Source: Phallusia mammillata | Taxonomy: Eukaryota | Assembly: GCA_965637545.1 (NCBI GenBank) | Contig: OZ281494.1 | Span: forward strand, 15,934,001 to 15,998,000 | Length of the DNA: 64,000 nt | Direction of reading: 5' to 3' | Shown: positions 36,358-49,555 of the stretch, piece after piece | Layout: the number at the start of each line of letters is the position of its first letter | How positions within the stretch are numbered: the stretch's first letter is position 1 | Program-made: the position numbers and the translations under genes | Notes under the pieces: generated by a model | What the model was told of the DNA's origin: nothing | What the model saw: the letters and a program-made list of their open reading frames with translations, nothing else | Database searches by the model: none

Positions 36358-39300
36358 TCACAGTAAACCTTGCATCTCTCGCATAAAAGAATCGTACGCA
36401 GCATCTGCGGTGGACTTGGCAGCTTTTCGCTTCTTTTCCGACTTCTGCCTTTCAGCATATGACGAGGCCGTAGGTAGTTCGGGACCAGCTTTGACCGGGC
36501 CACTACGCCCTTTGGTCTCCCGACGAACCCGCAACGATGTTGGCATAAAACGCGTGGTGTCGCCCTTAGGGTTCGCTGTAAGCTGAGGTTTAGCACTAAT
36601 TGTGGCCGCCTGGGTGTCTTCATCTTTATCTGCGACTGGCCGATGGATCAGACTTGGAGGAGCACTGAGTACATTTGGGTTTTGCACCATTCTAATGCCT
36701 TGTTCACCACCTCGGTGGGATATTCCTGGTGGGGGTCCAGGGGGTATAGTAGGAGGGCGACCGGGTGGAGGTCCAGGTGGCATAATACCAGATGGGTTTT
36801 GCATGATGCCAGGTGGCATACCAGGGGGTGGACCTGGGGGTAAACCTGGAGGTGGGCCAGGAGGTCTTGGACGATCTTTTGGATCATCTTTATTATCAGC
36901 ATTGTCATCTTCATCATAATCTGCATTTTCAGGTGGTGCAGGAACAGCTTGTCCAGCTAGCTTGAGCATCATTGCTTGTAAGGGTGTAATGTTGGATGGC
37001 AATGGTTTGGTGTATCCCTTATCACCTTCTTCATCATCATCAGCAAATCTGACTCCTCTCTTTTTGGTTCTTCGGCTGCTTGCTTCATCATCAGAACCAT
37101 GACCTTAAAATAGACATCAGTGTAAGTGGGAATGCTTACTTTGAATCTAGAAGATTGAAGCCAAGTCTTACATTTATCTTTAAACAATGATGTAAGGACT
37201 GCAAGTAACAAAACATGTAAAAATTAGTGATGTGCCGAATCGGCGAAATTTCGATTCGGCCGAAACCGAAGATTCGGCGGTTTTGCCGAATAAATTCGGC
37301 CGAATTACCCGAATCATTTATGAATTCACGCAAAGTCGTATCCTACGCGTCTGACATGAAAATAGAAGTTTATTTACCAGGCAATTAATGCAGAATGGTT
37401 GTGTTTCGTCCTTATTTTAGTTCAGTGGGTTTTAACATTGCCACCCCGACAATGTATTACTGATTTTTTGTCTGCAGTGGGAAAAGCGTCAATGTGTTAA
37501 AAATGACAGGATTTTCGTTGGTAATAAGCAGAAAAGACACGTTTAACGCTTTAAATGGGCGTTCGTAAAAAATTCGGTTGCCGAATCGCAACAAATCATT
37601 CGGCCGAAACCGAATCTTTGCAAAAGTGGCCGATTCGGCCGCATGCAAAAATTCGGCAAACCGAATATTCGGTACATCTCTAGTAAAAATACAATGTTTC
37701 ATCAGCTTGCAAGTTACAAATCATGATGCTTTCTAAACCTTAAACCTGGATAAGTGTCACAATTTTTTCAATGTTTTGACAATCTTATATTGTTACCTCA
37801 AAACACTGTTTTACAAAAGCTTACATCAGCAAACTATCCATGTTTTTTTAGAAGCAATCAATGTATTGCAAATGCAGCAATTATTTGGCCTAAAATTGGA
37901 ACTTTGGCTGGAAATGTTTTGTTTTGAAATGAACTTCAAACACTATATGATTTTCTACACTAAAAGGGATTTTTTTACCTTAGATTTCATTTTACAAGTT
38001 TAAATAGTTTTCACAAATGTTCAAACCCATGTCATCATCATTGTCGTCATCATCTCTGTGCTGAAATTCATCTTCATCATCATCATCAGCTCCTTGATCC
38101 ATCGCATCTCCAAGCTCTGGTCCTTGCTCCGGATCATATGGGTCATCTTCCAACATAATTGCAGGCCTTGGACCTAAAATAAGTCAAGACTCTTTAGATT
38201 TAGCAATCTTAACATTGGATTTAGCTGTAATATTTAAATTGAGGTCATTTCTTTCTCCCCAAACAGTATTTTTTGTTTAGCCAACCCATGTTGATAGTTT
38301 TATTGTAACATTTAAAAAATAATTTAGGAAAGCTTTCCTGTACCGACATGTAGAATTAATTGAATGTAATATTTAAGTGTTTAATATGCCACTTATTGTT
38401 GTACCAACAAAGCACATTTGTATTACATCCAGTGACAATTGCTGGATAGAGTTAGCAGCCCTTCGTATGTCAAGGTAAACATACCTGAAGAGCGCATTGG
38501 GTGCATAGGAATTCCAGGTATCACTCCAGGTTTCACACCTCGAACAAAACTGATAAAAAACATTGAGTTTTAACATTACTGTATTGGGTATTATGGCATT
38601 ATATCATGTAGCTTAAGAAAAAGACAGTGGAGATGCTAACAAACTTAGTATTGATACCATACAAATTTAATATTAAAATATGACAAGAAACATACACTTT
38701 TTTGGATGGTGGGAATCCGGGAGGGGGGCCTGGTGGCATTCTTTTACCCAAAAGGTTAGGAGGGAGACCACTGGGTGGACCTGGAGGCATTTTCTTTAAA
38801 ATGCTTTGTGGTTTAACACCAGGCAGAGGGATGTCTTGGAGTTGTGGTGTGTCAAATGGTGCATCAGGCAATGGAATAGCACCAATTTCAACTGTCTGTG
38901 CATTCTTTACAGACTCATAGTAGTTCTCTTTTTTCTTCCGATTTTGTTTGTATGCCTCCACCATCAGTTTAAATTCACGACCTCTGCTTGGCTCTTCTTT
39001 GAAGTAAAAGTCAACAATGCGAATAAGATTCTCTAGAAGCTTCCGCCGTTTGTCTTTGATAACCTGCAGCATGAACCAAATTGTTTTAAATGTAGTCAGT
39101 CCTACAATCTATCAAATCACAGGGGAAAATGTGTTACATTCTCCATTTATATTGAATTTATGGATTATTTATAATTTTGTTTATTGCATAGGATTCACCA
39201 TGGCAATTGTTTGAGGATTATATAATACATGTTTGTTGAAAACCAATATTATACCAAGTCAATTAAGTGTGAGGATATTCTATCATATATAAACACAGCA

Positions 39301-39534
39301 GTTTACCTTCTCATTATACTGAGAAGTATTGGATGGATCCAACTCCATATCATCAAGAGACTCCAGTTCTGTAATCATGAGTTGTGGATCTTTGGTTTTA
39401 ATCACAGCCTGACGAACTGCAATTCTCTGTTTCTTGTTCTTCTTAAGTTCACGCCTTCTGGCTTCTTTTCTTGCTTGATCAGTGGGGTTCATAAACTTTC
39501 CACCCTTGGTGGTACTAGTTGCCCTACGGCCCAT
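36358..39534 (-). CDS. WBP11: WW domain-binding protein 11 (SIPP1/NpwBP)
   Basis: Exons 39534-39307, 39063-38696, 38549-38485, 38173-38027, 37103-36358. Begins MGRRATSTTKGGKFMNPTDQARKEARRRELKKNKKQR; PP1-binding RVxF-like RGVRFAD; PPGPPPG repeats; ATISAKPQ, TTRFMPTSLRVRRE; ends AYDSFMREMQGLL. Confidence 0.96.
37225..37682. mobile_element. hAT (Ac-type) MITE in WBP11 intron 4
   Basis: TIRs TAGTGATGTGCCGAAT / ATTCGGTACATCTCTA; TSD GTAAAAAT at 37217-37224 and 37683-37690; multiple CCGAAT/ATTCGG subterminal motifs. Confidence 0.9.
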
Positions 39535-40778
39535 GGTTTTTATTATATTTGTATAGGACCTATAGCCAAATTACACAATATAAATGAAGAATAGTTGATT
39601 TCATAGGCATTACTCCACATGGTACAAAAATAAATTTCTAAATTAAACAAACAAATAAAATCTGTGACAAAAAGACAGCCAGTTTTTAATAACTATATAT
39701 ATATGTTGTAAATAAACAAGGTCAAACTTTTTGTATAGGTCTTTTAAGTTATATTGTGGGTGAGTGCTGACTGGAATATGTTTTATGTGTACGAGAGTTG
39801 AGAGTTAGCCCATCACTAAGATGACTAGGGTTCTGTTAAAAATATAATCATGCAAAGCAACTTTGATTCATGGGAAGCCAGTATGGATAGTATGGCAGCT
39901 GCACACCCGAGACTATTTTTTTTCAAGTTTGATTGCACACTTGAACAACCCCTCGAAAAAAGCCTACGGCAAAAACTTTCTATTGTTTTCTTGCGTTATC
40001 GACAAAACATTAGGCCTAGGCGCTAAATAACTTCTGTTTTCCAGATTAGTTACATTTGTTAACCAGTGGCGCAATTGGATTTGACAGTTATTTTGAGATT
40101 TTGTTAAATATTTGTAAATCGGTTAGCTTTTTCTTGATGAGGTGCACACTTGACTGGTTGGTGCACACCCTAAAATTTCTTCTTGCACACTTGAAAATTG
40201 TTCGTGCACACCCGAGATCTCAGCGAAACGTGCAATAAAATCCAATGTTGATGGGAAGATGTCTTTCAGTATATGTTGTATTATTTACACGGTGAGGTTA
40301 AACAAACAGGCCTGTGATATATGTATAACATTGAAAAGCGATGATGCATTATACATAAGAGTGAAATTAACTATTATCAATTGTAAGTTCTAAAGTCTCC
40401 ACAAGTTTCACTTGATCTGTTAAATTAAAACGTATGATTGTTAACTAGTAAACCAAATGTTAGACAATTAAAAACAAGTTTGATCAAACACAAATTTTCT
40501 GGCAAAATAATTCTCATGAACAAATTCTCCGATTGGACTCATGGCAAAACGAACTTAGACGCAATATTCTTTTAAAAGAATGAACAGCACAGATATGATA
40601 TATTAGTTATAAATATGATATATTAGTTATACAACTGCAATTTGAACAGAATTAACAGTATTACCAATAAATTTGCAAACCAAAACGAATAGTCGAATAC
40701 CCAAGGTCTTGCGTGCCTGAAGCTGTCCTTGCTCTCATTATTTTGCCTAAGTCGGATGACAGGTATTACCTTTTAGGT

Positions 40779-41567
40779 CAGGGGTGTCCAACCTTTTTGG
40801 CCAAAGGGCCACATGCGGTTTACGAATGATTGCGCGGGCCACTTGAGTCTTACTGCTAATTTGGAATCTTAGAAATAGCTGTATTATAATTTCTAACTAA
40901 AATCCTCACACCGAAATTCTAATCTTAGAAATGTGTATTATCCTCGTTTACAGTTATAAGAACAATAAACACACCAAGATGTAGTTAAGTCAACAAAGTT
41001 TTTTTCCACACGTCGACATTTCAATAAGTTCTGTTTTTCTCTAAGAAGTTTGGCAATATTCGGTGAGACGATGGAGCAATGCGAAGCGATTTTTTTCCAT
41101 ACGGCTGTCAGAAATTACTGATATTACAGGGGATTTAAAGTCATATGTCAACCTTTCTTGGAAAGTTCTGTTAGTGTTATTTGCTTTTTGTTTCCTGTTT
41201 GGCATAATCTATATCACTGCAGAGGGCGGAAGAAGTTTTACTGCTCAATGCGTTTTTGATACAAGATGTATCTCAATGAACCAAGAAGCATACTGACGGA
41301 CTCTTGAAGCACGAGTCAGTTTGTGACGTAACAATGTAGAAAATGTGATGCGTAACAATGCGCATTGTGACGCAACAAAAGTAGCTTGAACAGTTGTGTA
41401 TACCTGCTCTATTAACAAAGAAATAAAGCAAACAATAAATGCCATTTTTCGGAATGAAAGTTTGCCATAAATTACGTAGGCGATTAAGTTGCTAATATAT
41501 GTAATTTCAAAAAATACCACGAGGGCCACTCAGAACCTTCCTGCGGGCCAGGGGTTGGACACCCCTG
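40779..41567 (-). mobile_element. Non-autonomous hAT (Charlie/SPIN-like) element with degraded transposase C-terminus
   Basis: TIRs CAGGGGTGTCCAAC / GTTGGACACCCCTG; TSD TTTTAGGT at 40771-40778 and 41568-41575. Minus-strand remnant KSP..ISDSRMEK..SIVSPNIAKLLREKQ resembles the hAT dimerisation-domain end. Confidence 0.9.
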
Positions 41568-41989
41568 TTTTAGGTATTACAACAACCACTGTGGCTATAA
41601 TAAAACTTTTATTTTCCACTCTAATAAAGTAACTGATTAACTGTAGCAGTTGATTTATGATTGATTAGATTAAACCACAACACCTTTTTGACTTTAGCTC
41701 AATATATCTTTGCTGTTGATACTTCAAAGTTGCATCTAAACGCAAATTATAAAACAAGATGTACTGGAAAGCAACATGCAAAATAACGTACCAATGTGGC
41801 CGAATAAATAAGCAATAGTACTTTTAAGAAAGACAAAAACACCAATACTATTTGCTGTTCGTTGCAATGCTTTGTTTCTATTTTAAAACCTATTGATCCG
41901 TGTCCACCAAAACAAATCAGCTGCTGAGAATGTGACGTACGCGTGTTACGAATAGAATACGCTTATAGTTGCAAATTGCAACTAGCAAA

Positions 41990-44900
41990 ATGCGTTTAAA
42001 CGAACTTTTGTTTGTTTACAACATATTGGTGTTAGTTTTGCCACTTGCTAACATTGCATTTTGCGCAAAAGACGACACCGTTTCTTCACGAGCATTTATA
42101 ACGGTTTCAATCAAAGACAAGAAAGAAAGAAAAACTTGTCTTTACACCAGTAGTCCATTTTTGAAATCTGGCATACTTCCATTGATGGTCCAAGGTGAAT
42201 TTACAAGCATTGGATCGAAACAAAATGTCAATGGATATCTACACCTAGTGAGTTTTATGTTTTGTAATTATCAATATATCATGTCATTTGTTACATGAAA
42301 TGTACTGCTAGTTTTTTGTGTTTTTGTAGGTTTTTTATTTTGGTATTGAAGTTTAATTTAATTTACCTCAAGTAAGCTACCAAATTGTATACAGTAAAAT
42401 AGTTCATAAACTTCTGCTTGATATACTTGTTAGTTTAATTTGGGTTTAAACAATTACTTCTGTTAGTCAGCAACTATATCCTGTTATACTACTGCATTAA
42501 AATATTCTTTCTTCCCTGCCTGCACCCTATTTTTTTTAAAGATCAATGTAAGTGTAGAACATTTTCCTAGTCTGCAAAAATACTGATTGTGATTACAAAC
42601 TTTTTAAAAATGAACTTATTTGATATGAATGTTTTTTATAAATATTTTTTTTTATAAATAAGCAAACAAACAAAAAAGTCAACCCCCAAAACCCTTAAGT
42701 TGAACCTGGATTATATATTTAGTTACAAAGTGATGACATAGAAAAATGTTCCAACTACCAACATCAGGCATGGATAGGAGTGCTTATGGCAGGTGTGGTG
42801 TATAAAATGGTTGATCAATAGAACAATGAAACACACATTTTTTATATTGGTTTGTGTTAAATAAGGTAAATTTATTATACATTTACTATGCATAATATAA
42901 CAGTATATTTAGGGTTTCATTGATTCTTTTTAATATTCTTTGTTTAATTAGACTCACATGAAACAGACAACAGAGGAAACAGATTTTCTTATGATTCAAT
43001 GGACAAGCAAAGGTCAAAATCACTCCTTGACCAAGTCAAAGATTTTATGTTAGTTGGTGCATCAGCATTAATAATCATCACAAGGAATTTGCATTTGGGA
43101 AAAGAGGCAAGCCACCATTAATATTTAAACATTACACTGAAATTAAAACAGTTAACTGATTATGCTGTACCAAAATTAGCTGGAAGTTCCACAGGTATTC
43201 ACAAAACCTGTTCTCATCATAAGAGGAATGGAAAATATGACCAAGATTCTTCAGTTGTTTTCTATGCAGTTGACAAATTTACATGTCAAAATTCAGCACA
43301 ACATCAGTTTTTACAGTGTTGTGGTAGGTTGTTTGGCAAGTGCCAAGTATATTTTGTTTACTAGTTTCTAACCTATTGTTCTATGGCAGTGGTTCTCAAC
43401 TTGTTTCAGGCCATGGACCACCGCTCCAGTAAAAATAATATCACGGACCATTTTATTTTGGAGCAAGTTTAAAGTACACATACGAAACAACCATTTGGGC
43501 TTGAAACATAAATTCTTTAAAACCGATTTTCAAGAAGTGGGATATAATTATTAACAGCTAACTTTTTGATACTCTTTCAACATGTAATATGCAATCATCT
43601 CTCGTTTATCACCAAACTTAGTGGACGTCCTGTGGACCACCCAAAAAGTCATCATGGACCACCAGTTCAGAACCATTGGTCTATGGCAGGGGTGGGCAAC
43701 ATACGGCCCGCGGGCCGGATCCGGCCCGCGACGGGATTTTGAGCGGCCCGCAGACGGTTTCTGGTCTTGCATGATAATGTGGCCCACGGCCACAGTCTTC
43801 CGCAATCCCCTACTACTTGCTTACTGCGTCAAATTATAGTTGTAACGGACAGTAACGCTCCCCACTAGCAAAAAAACTTTCCCGCCGTTGTAACCATTGC
43901 ACCATACGTCCATTGTTACGACATAACTGCCAACCTTGTTTGGCCTGCTTTCTCGGTTTTCTTTCTTTCCACAGGTGTAGCCTAGTTAGTGTTTCAGGAG
44001 TACCTAAGTCTGTGGTGTATGCATTAAATTTGCTGTGGTGAATAATTTTATGTTATATCAGTTAGATTGTTTGGACTTTATTGTATTTGTGATGTTCTTG
44101 AATGTATTTGGTTTAGGTGCTCAAAAATCCGTTTTAAATCACTGGATAAATACGCGATTAATATATCGATTCAGGAATCCGGCCCGCCAAGTACTTCATT
44201 TTCCCATATCAGGCCCGCCGACTGGAGAAGTTGCCCGCCCCTGGTCTATGGGATGTATGGTATCCTATTAGGGTCTATGGGATGTATGGTGTCCTATTGG
44301 GGCTCTGTTAATAAAGGATGAAAGGAATTTATGGCTTTATATAGAGCATGTTTGTATTTCCTGCATAAAAAGAATGACCAAATCATATAGGTGTAGAAGT
44401 CTGTAATAAATCAACATTATTTACAGGGTTCAATAGGTACATTAACTTTATGGTCAGCATGTGGAAGGTCCACAGCTGGTGCTTATCATGAGTGGCAAGG
44501 AACTGTTTGTATGGGAAGTGATGGCATTTTGTCACAGAGTAAACCAGCAAACACTGCAGTTGTTTTGGTGTCTGCCTTAATTTTGACAATTTTCCTAAGA
44601 ATTGGTTGGATTGTGTTTCATGCTGACCTTCCATTTTACACATATCATGAGGTAAGACTGGTTTTTGGGCTATAATGATTAGATTGAAATTTCTGTTTTT
44701 GTAAGGTTTCTTTACAAGAAATGACTGAGAGAACAGTGAAGAATATGCAAGTTCAAATTTTCCGCCTACGGGCAAGAAAAAAACGCATTGGAAACTTGTT
44801 TGGTGGGACCTCCAACCCTGATTTGAAACAGAAAACTGAGCGTTGTGCTGTTTGCCTAGACAACTATTATTCCCTCCAGCGATTACGTGTGTTGCCTTGT

Positions 44901-45231
44901 GGGCATCGTTTTCATATTAACTGTGTTGACCCTTGGTTACTCACGAGAAGGACTTGTCCACTTTGCAAGTATGATATTTTGGGTGAGGAGCTTAAGAGTG
45001 TGAACAACATTAGGACATAGTAGGTAACATTAGGACAAGTTCCTTTCAATTACTTTTTTCAGAAACCCGCTTCGCTTAATATCTTACCATAAAACACCAC
45101 ATCTTAAAGTTGCCTATTTAAAAAAAAATACAAACATTTAATCCCTTAATAAGTTTCATGTTGGACTAAAGAAGAACAAACTAGACAAAACTAAATTAAT
45201 GTTATTTTTTGGTTTTACAGCCATTCTATAG
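41990..45231 (+). CDS. RNF215: Signal peptide - PA-like - TM - RING-H2 E3 ligase, RNF215-like
   Basis: Exons 41990-42247, 42723-42792, 42952-43106 (GC donor), 43180-43323, 44427-44651, 44706-44982, tentative last exon 45221-45231; read-through to a stop at 45020 is the alternative. Motifs [77 protein letters not shown]. Confidence 0.85.
43387..43678. mobile_element. hAT MITE A (first of a tandem pair in RNF215 intron)
   Basis: TIRs CAGTGGTTCTCAAC / GTTCAGAACCATTG; flanks TTCTATGG (43379-43386) and GTCTATGG (43679-43686); same family as 58996-59292 in opposite orientation. Confidence 0.88.
43687..44243. mobile_element. hAT MITE B (second of the tandem pair)
   Basis: TIRs CAGGGGTGGGCAAC / GTTGCCCGCCCCTG; TSD GTCTATGG at 43679-43686 and 44244-44251; GGCCCGCGGGCCGGATCCGGCCC subterminal palindrome. 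Confidence 0.9.
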
Positions 45232-45651
45232 TTTTTGCCAAAATACGTATTTGTATGTATTGCTATTCTTGTGTGACTGATTTGTCACATACAAATCTAC
45301 TTGCTGCTGTACAAATTGGCTTATTAGCTACCAAGCAAACTTATATTATTGTCTTGGGTGGACCAAAAGACAGGTTTACAGATTGGGCTTATAGCTTTGG
45401 TTAACAGTATTTTTATCTATTGTTAAAACACTTTTTAAAAAACATTGTGTTTAGCATGCTTTATTTGTGTTTAGGAAATGTTTTTATTGTTTGCTTGGAT
45501 ATATTATGATATGCCACAGTGGCAAGTTATATTGTTTATTATTAAAGTTCCAATGACATGCAAACATTGCAGCTGTATTTTCAAGAAAAGGTTTTTGCAA
45601 AAAAGTGCGATAAAAATACATATACTTAACATAAACCAATTAAAAGTCAGC

Positions 45652-47485
45652 TCATGAAGCTGGATGTGCTGCTGCCTCAACACGCTTTATCTCCATGGTG
45701 ATCTGGCTCAAATCTTGGATGAACATTTGAATCTAAAATAAGTTTGTAAGATTTTTGTACATCCGTGTTCTAGTACTGTAAATGCTTACAAACACAAAAT
45801 ACATTGCACTGCCAACCTTTAGGAAGGCCTTACCTTTTCCAATTGAAGGGCAGTGTTTTCCAAAGGCACTGTGGCGGCCTGTTTTAAATGCTTGTTTACC
45901 AGTTGGAATAGATTGTGAGTCGCAATTTTAATCCTTCCAAGCAACAATGTTTTCTTTGCTGCTGTATTCTGTGTAAAAACCAGTATTTTGTTTATGTTTT
46001 TGAAAGCCCGTATATAGGTAATATGCCACATTTGCAAGAAAGATGTAACAAAATGCCATGTTTACATGTAAGATGTATTATGCAATTTGACATGGACTAC
46101 ATGATGTCTTTTACACTTATCTTGACATCAATTTATGGTACTGGTATGTACCCTTTTGTTCCACTAGCCAAATGGAATACACTTTTCACAATATTTGAAG
46201 CTTACCTGAATGTGGGTCCATTTGCTTTCCCATTTTACAGCTTTACTTTGGGCTTGATCAAGTCTGGTTTGCAACTGTGCAAGTTGGTTGTTGTAGTACA
46301 GTATTTCGTTGTTCTTTTCTTCTGTAAATTTTACCAATCGGCCCTTTTCTTTTTCTATAGCATCCTGATTTTTTTGATCTCTTTCCAACAAATCCTGAAC
46401 AACGATTTGGTACAGGTACTTATTTGTTTCAACAATGAGCCACTGGCAACTTTACCACTGATACATTTGTGACATGTTATTTCATAAACAAATCAAATGT
46501 GGATACTTACAACATGTGTTGCAACTAGAGTGTCATATCTTGAAATAATTTCACGTATTTCACTGAACTCATCTGTGGATTCTTGCACTCTCTCCATGTA
46601 TTTTTGAAAAATTGAATTTTTTTCAAGTTTTTTCTGGTAACGGTCACGTTCTTTGGAAAGATCACCAATCTCATCTTTTAATCTGGTAAAATTGAAAAAT
46701 TAAATATTTTTTGCACTGAAATGTCTCCATCCTATTTACCTCTCAATGTCTTTTTCTTTTCCTCTTCTTAATTCTCTCTCATCATGTGACTTTTTTACTG
46801 CCCGGGCTCGCTTTGAGTCATTCTCTTTTAAAAACTTGTCAAACTTTAACAGCGATTCTTTTAGTTGATGTTCTTTTCTCTCCAACTCCTCTCGCCGTTG
46901 TTGCAAACTCTCCATTTTCATTTGAAACTCCTGATAAAATAGCAACAAAGTTTATAGGCTGCAACATCAGGTAATAAAGCATTGCTTCATTCAGAAAACC
47001 TCCTTCTGTGCAGCAAGTGCTTGTTCCACTTCTGCCATCTCCCTTCTTTTTTCTAAGAGTCTTGTTGCTGGTGTTAGATGATCATCCTCCCTCTCAGGCA
47101 TTTTGCTGTATAAGATGAAGAGTAGAACTCATGTTTAAATGCACACAATATTTTTACATAGGAAATTTTAAGAATTGCCAATCATAGCAATCACAAAATT
47201 ACCATGTAAACAAGTATTCACACACAGAAAAACGTTTAGGGCAGAATGCATCAGCTATAAGAAACTTATGTCAAGATTTTAATGTTAAAAATTTGAGACT
47301 TTTCAAGATTTCTTAAATTGTCATTTCAAAAAATAGTTTTGTGTGTGGTGTTTTCATTCCCTGGTTATGGATCACAAATAAGATTAATGTAAAATAGTGA
47401 AACATGTTAAATTTGGGATAAGAACTTACACCAGCAGTTTGTCTTCGAAAGTACTCCGAAAATAATCTTCTAAATTGACTGTCAT
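45652..47485 (-). CDS. CCDC42: Coiled-coil ciliary protein, CCDC42/CFAP73 family
   Basis: Exons 47485-47430, 47105-47000, 46930-46740, 46682-46511, 46394-46206, 45968-45834, 45732-45652. [87 protein letters not shown]42 and CFAP73 are paralogues and cannot be distinguished here. Confidence 0.9.
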
Positions 47486-47844
47486 CTTGATTTTTAAGTT
47501 TTTCTGCAATCTGTGTACAAATTTAAAATCCAATAATATTATAAATTTTATGAAATACAAGCACACCTTCAAGATCCAGGCGAAATACAACTACGCGGAT
47601 CTGTGGCGTCAGTCCTTTTTAGTTGTAAACAAAAAAAGAGTTTTTTCAAACTTTCTTGCACAGGATGGGTGTTTGAAAAAGTTTGGAGATACACAAATAC
47701 ACAATTTTAAGATTAAATTGTAAACATAAGTTTTAAAAATATTGTTGAAGAGTTTTTGCCACCTTTTAAAAAAATCTTTTATGATTTAATAATTTAAAAC
47801 AACTAAACTTGCTATTCTCTGCCGCATGCAGTTTACACTTTAGC

Positions 47845-47859
47845 GTTGCTAACAGCAAC
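47845..47859. promoter_or_regulatory. RFX X-box upstream of the CCDC42/CFAP73 gene
   Basis: GTTGCT-AAC-AGCAAC has perfectly palindromic half-sites with a 3-nt spacer, 360 bp upstream of the ATG of a ciliary gene. Confidence 0.6.
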
Positions 47860-48142
47860 CGAATTCTGGTAACCTGTTGTTAACAAAAACATATTAATTC
47901 ATTTCATTATATTTTTGTCATTTTTTATGTAAAAAACATTATTATACGCCAAAGCCTGGCACTGGATACATAAAATTAGTTAATATTTAAACTGTGTAAG
48001 ATAAGAAGTTTTGAGACCCACCAATGGTCGATAGCTGCATCATCTTCAAACCGATAGCTGCTTACAATGTATGATATGTAAATACAAATACAATGTTCGT
48101 ATATTTGTTCTTCAAAAAATAATAAAATTGTGGTTATAAGAA

Positions 48143-48206
48143 GTTTATAGAGCTCTTCTGGCAAACATCGGAATAAAAATAAATTTGCCAGAAGAGCTCT
48201 ATAAAC
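48143..48206. repeat. Perfect 23-bp inverted repeat with 18-nt loop
   Basis: GTTTATAGAGCTCTTCTGGCAAA (48143-48165) / TTTGCCAGAAGAGCTCTATAAAC (48184-48206). Confidence 0.95.
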
Positions 48207-49217
48207 CTGATATTATGCTTGGCAGCAAATAGATTAATTATATTATGGTTATAAGATTACGGCATGAACGATTAATTATCCTTCTATCAGGAATCAGTTC
48301 TTGTCGCGTGAGGATAGTGTTGAGTAATCCAACATCGCATGGTTTCCCAACAAACACAGCGCAGTGCTCTTGTATAGTGTTTTGAAGATGTTGCAAAAAG
48401 ATTATTTGCCCGATTGCTGCGGTGTTAAGCAACGTTTAGGTTAAAGAAGGAAAATGCGCGATCTGACTCCATAATAGAGAATTCTGAAGACTCCTGACTA
48501 ATAACAACTAAAATGTAATACATGGTTTATTAAACAAATATATAAACGACAACAAACGTACAGGTATAACGTTAGCGATAACTTCGTTTAGTCTAAGCTC
48601 TAAGGTAAGTACGTAAGTAAGTGAATCTATTTTTAGTTTGGATGTTTTGTTGGATTAGCAAACGCAAACGCAAATATATAGTAATGCGACAACGCGTCAT
48701 TGTAACTCGGGGCAAAGGTAGTGTCGCTCCGAAACAAATTAAGGAAATAATTATCGTACATGGAAGTCGGCTACAAGAAACGATTTTACGATTGCCTAAG
48801 TGCTGGGACGTGTGGTTTTAGAAAACGCAACATCTAAGGCCGCTAGACTTCAAAGGAAATACAAAATTGCTTTGAGTTTCTGATGTGTCGCTAAAATGAA
48901 AATACACAAAAATATAAAATACACATTGCTACAAAGATACTGAAATCCCGACCCTCCCAAATTGCACAATAATACCATTTTCCCGTGTCGGGGGCAGTTA
49001 ATTAGTGGGATTCGATTGTTAGAAATAAAATAGAGCTATAAGGTCTAAACTAAACAAACTTTTGAAATGTCAGATTGAATGCCTTTTCCTTATTGTTTGG
49101 GTTATAGGCCTATAACTTTTATGGTTTTGTAATACAATTGGGAGTGTTGAATGCCTTTTATGCATTGGTGGTAATTATGTTCTGCTTAATGTAATTTTCC
49201 TTTAGACTGAAATTAGC

Positions 49218-49555
49218 GGTAGAGCTACTAACACCATACGTTTCGCCTGATCCAAAAGTGCTTAATTTTCGATAGCTGGCGTAAAGAGCTGAATTATTTA
49301 TTTAGCGGCTATAAATCGGTTGGATTGGGAAATATTTACATAAAACTTTTACATTAGTAACTAATTTTTTGGGTTAGTTTTATTGAATTTCAAGTGCTAA
49401 TACCCCAACCCTAAAATTACCCCAACCCTAATAGCCTTAACCGTGAGTATTTTTTGAGATATACCGTTTTAAATGAAAAAAGTGCTCTTTGCGCCACCTG
49501 TCGAAAATTAAGCACTTTTGGATCAGGAGAAACGTATGGTGTTAGTAGCTCTACC
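49218..49555. mobile_element. MITE with about 60-bp TIRs and 9-bp TSD (Mutator/Merlin-like)
   Basis: GGTAGAGCTACTAACACCATACGTTTC..GATCCAAAAGTGCTTAATTTTCGA inverted at both ends; TSD GAAATTAGC at 49209-49217 and 49556-49564. Confidence 0.85.

Noticed and set aside
36285-36926. Several Gly/Pro-rich ORFs overlapping WBP11
   Set aside because: Antisense or off-frame shadows of the GC-rich PPGPP exon.
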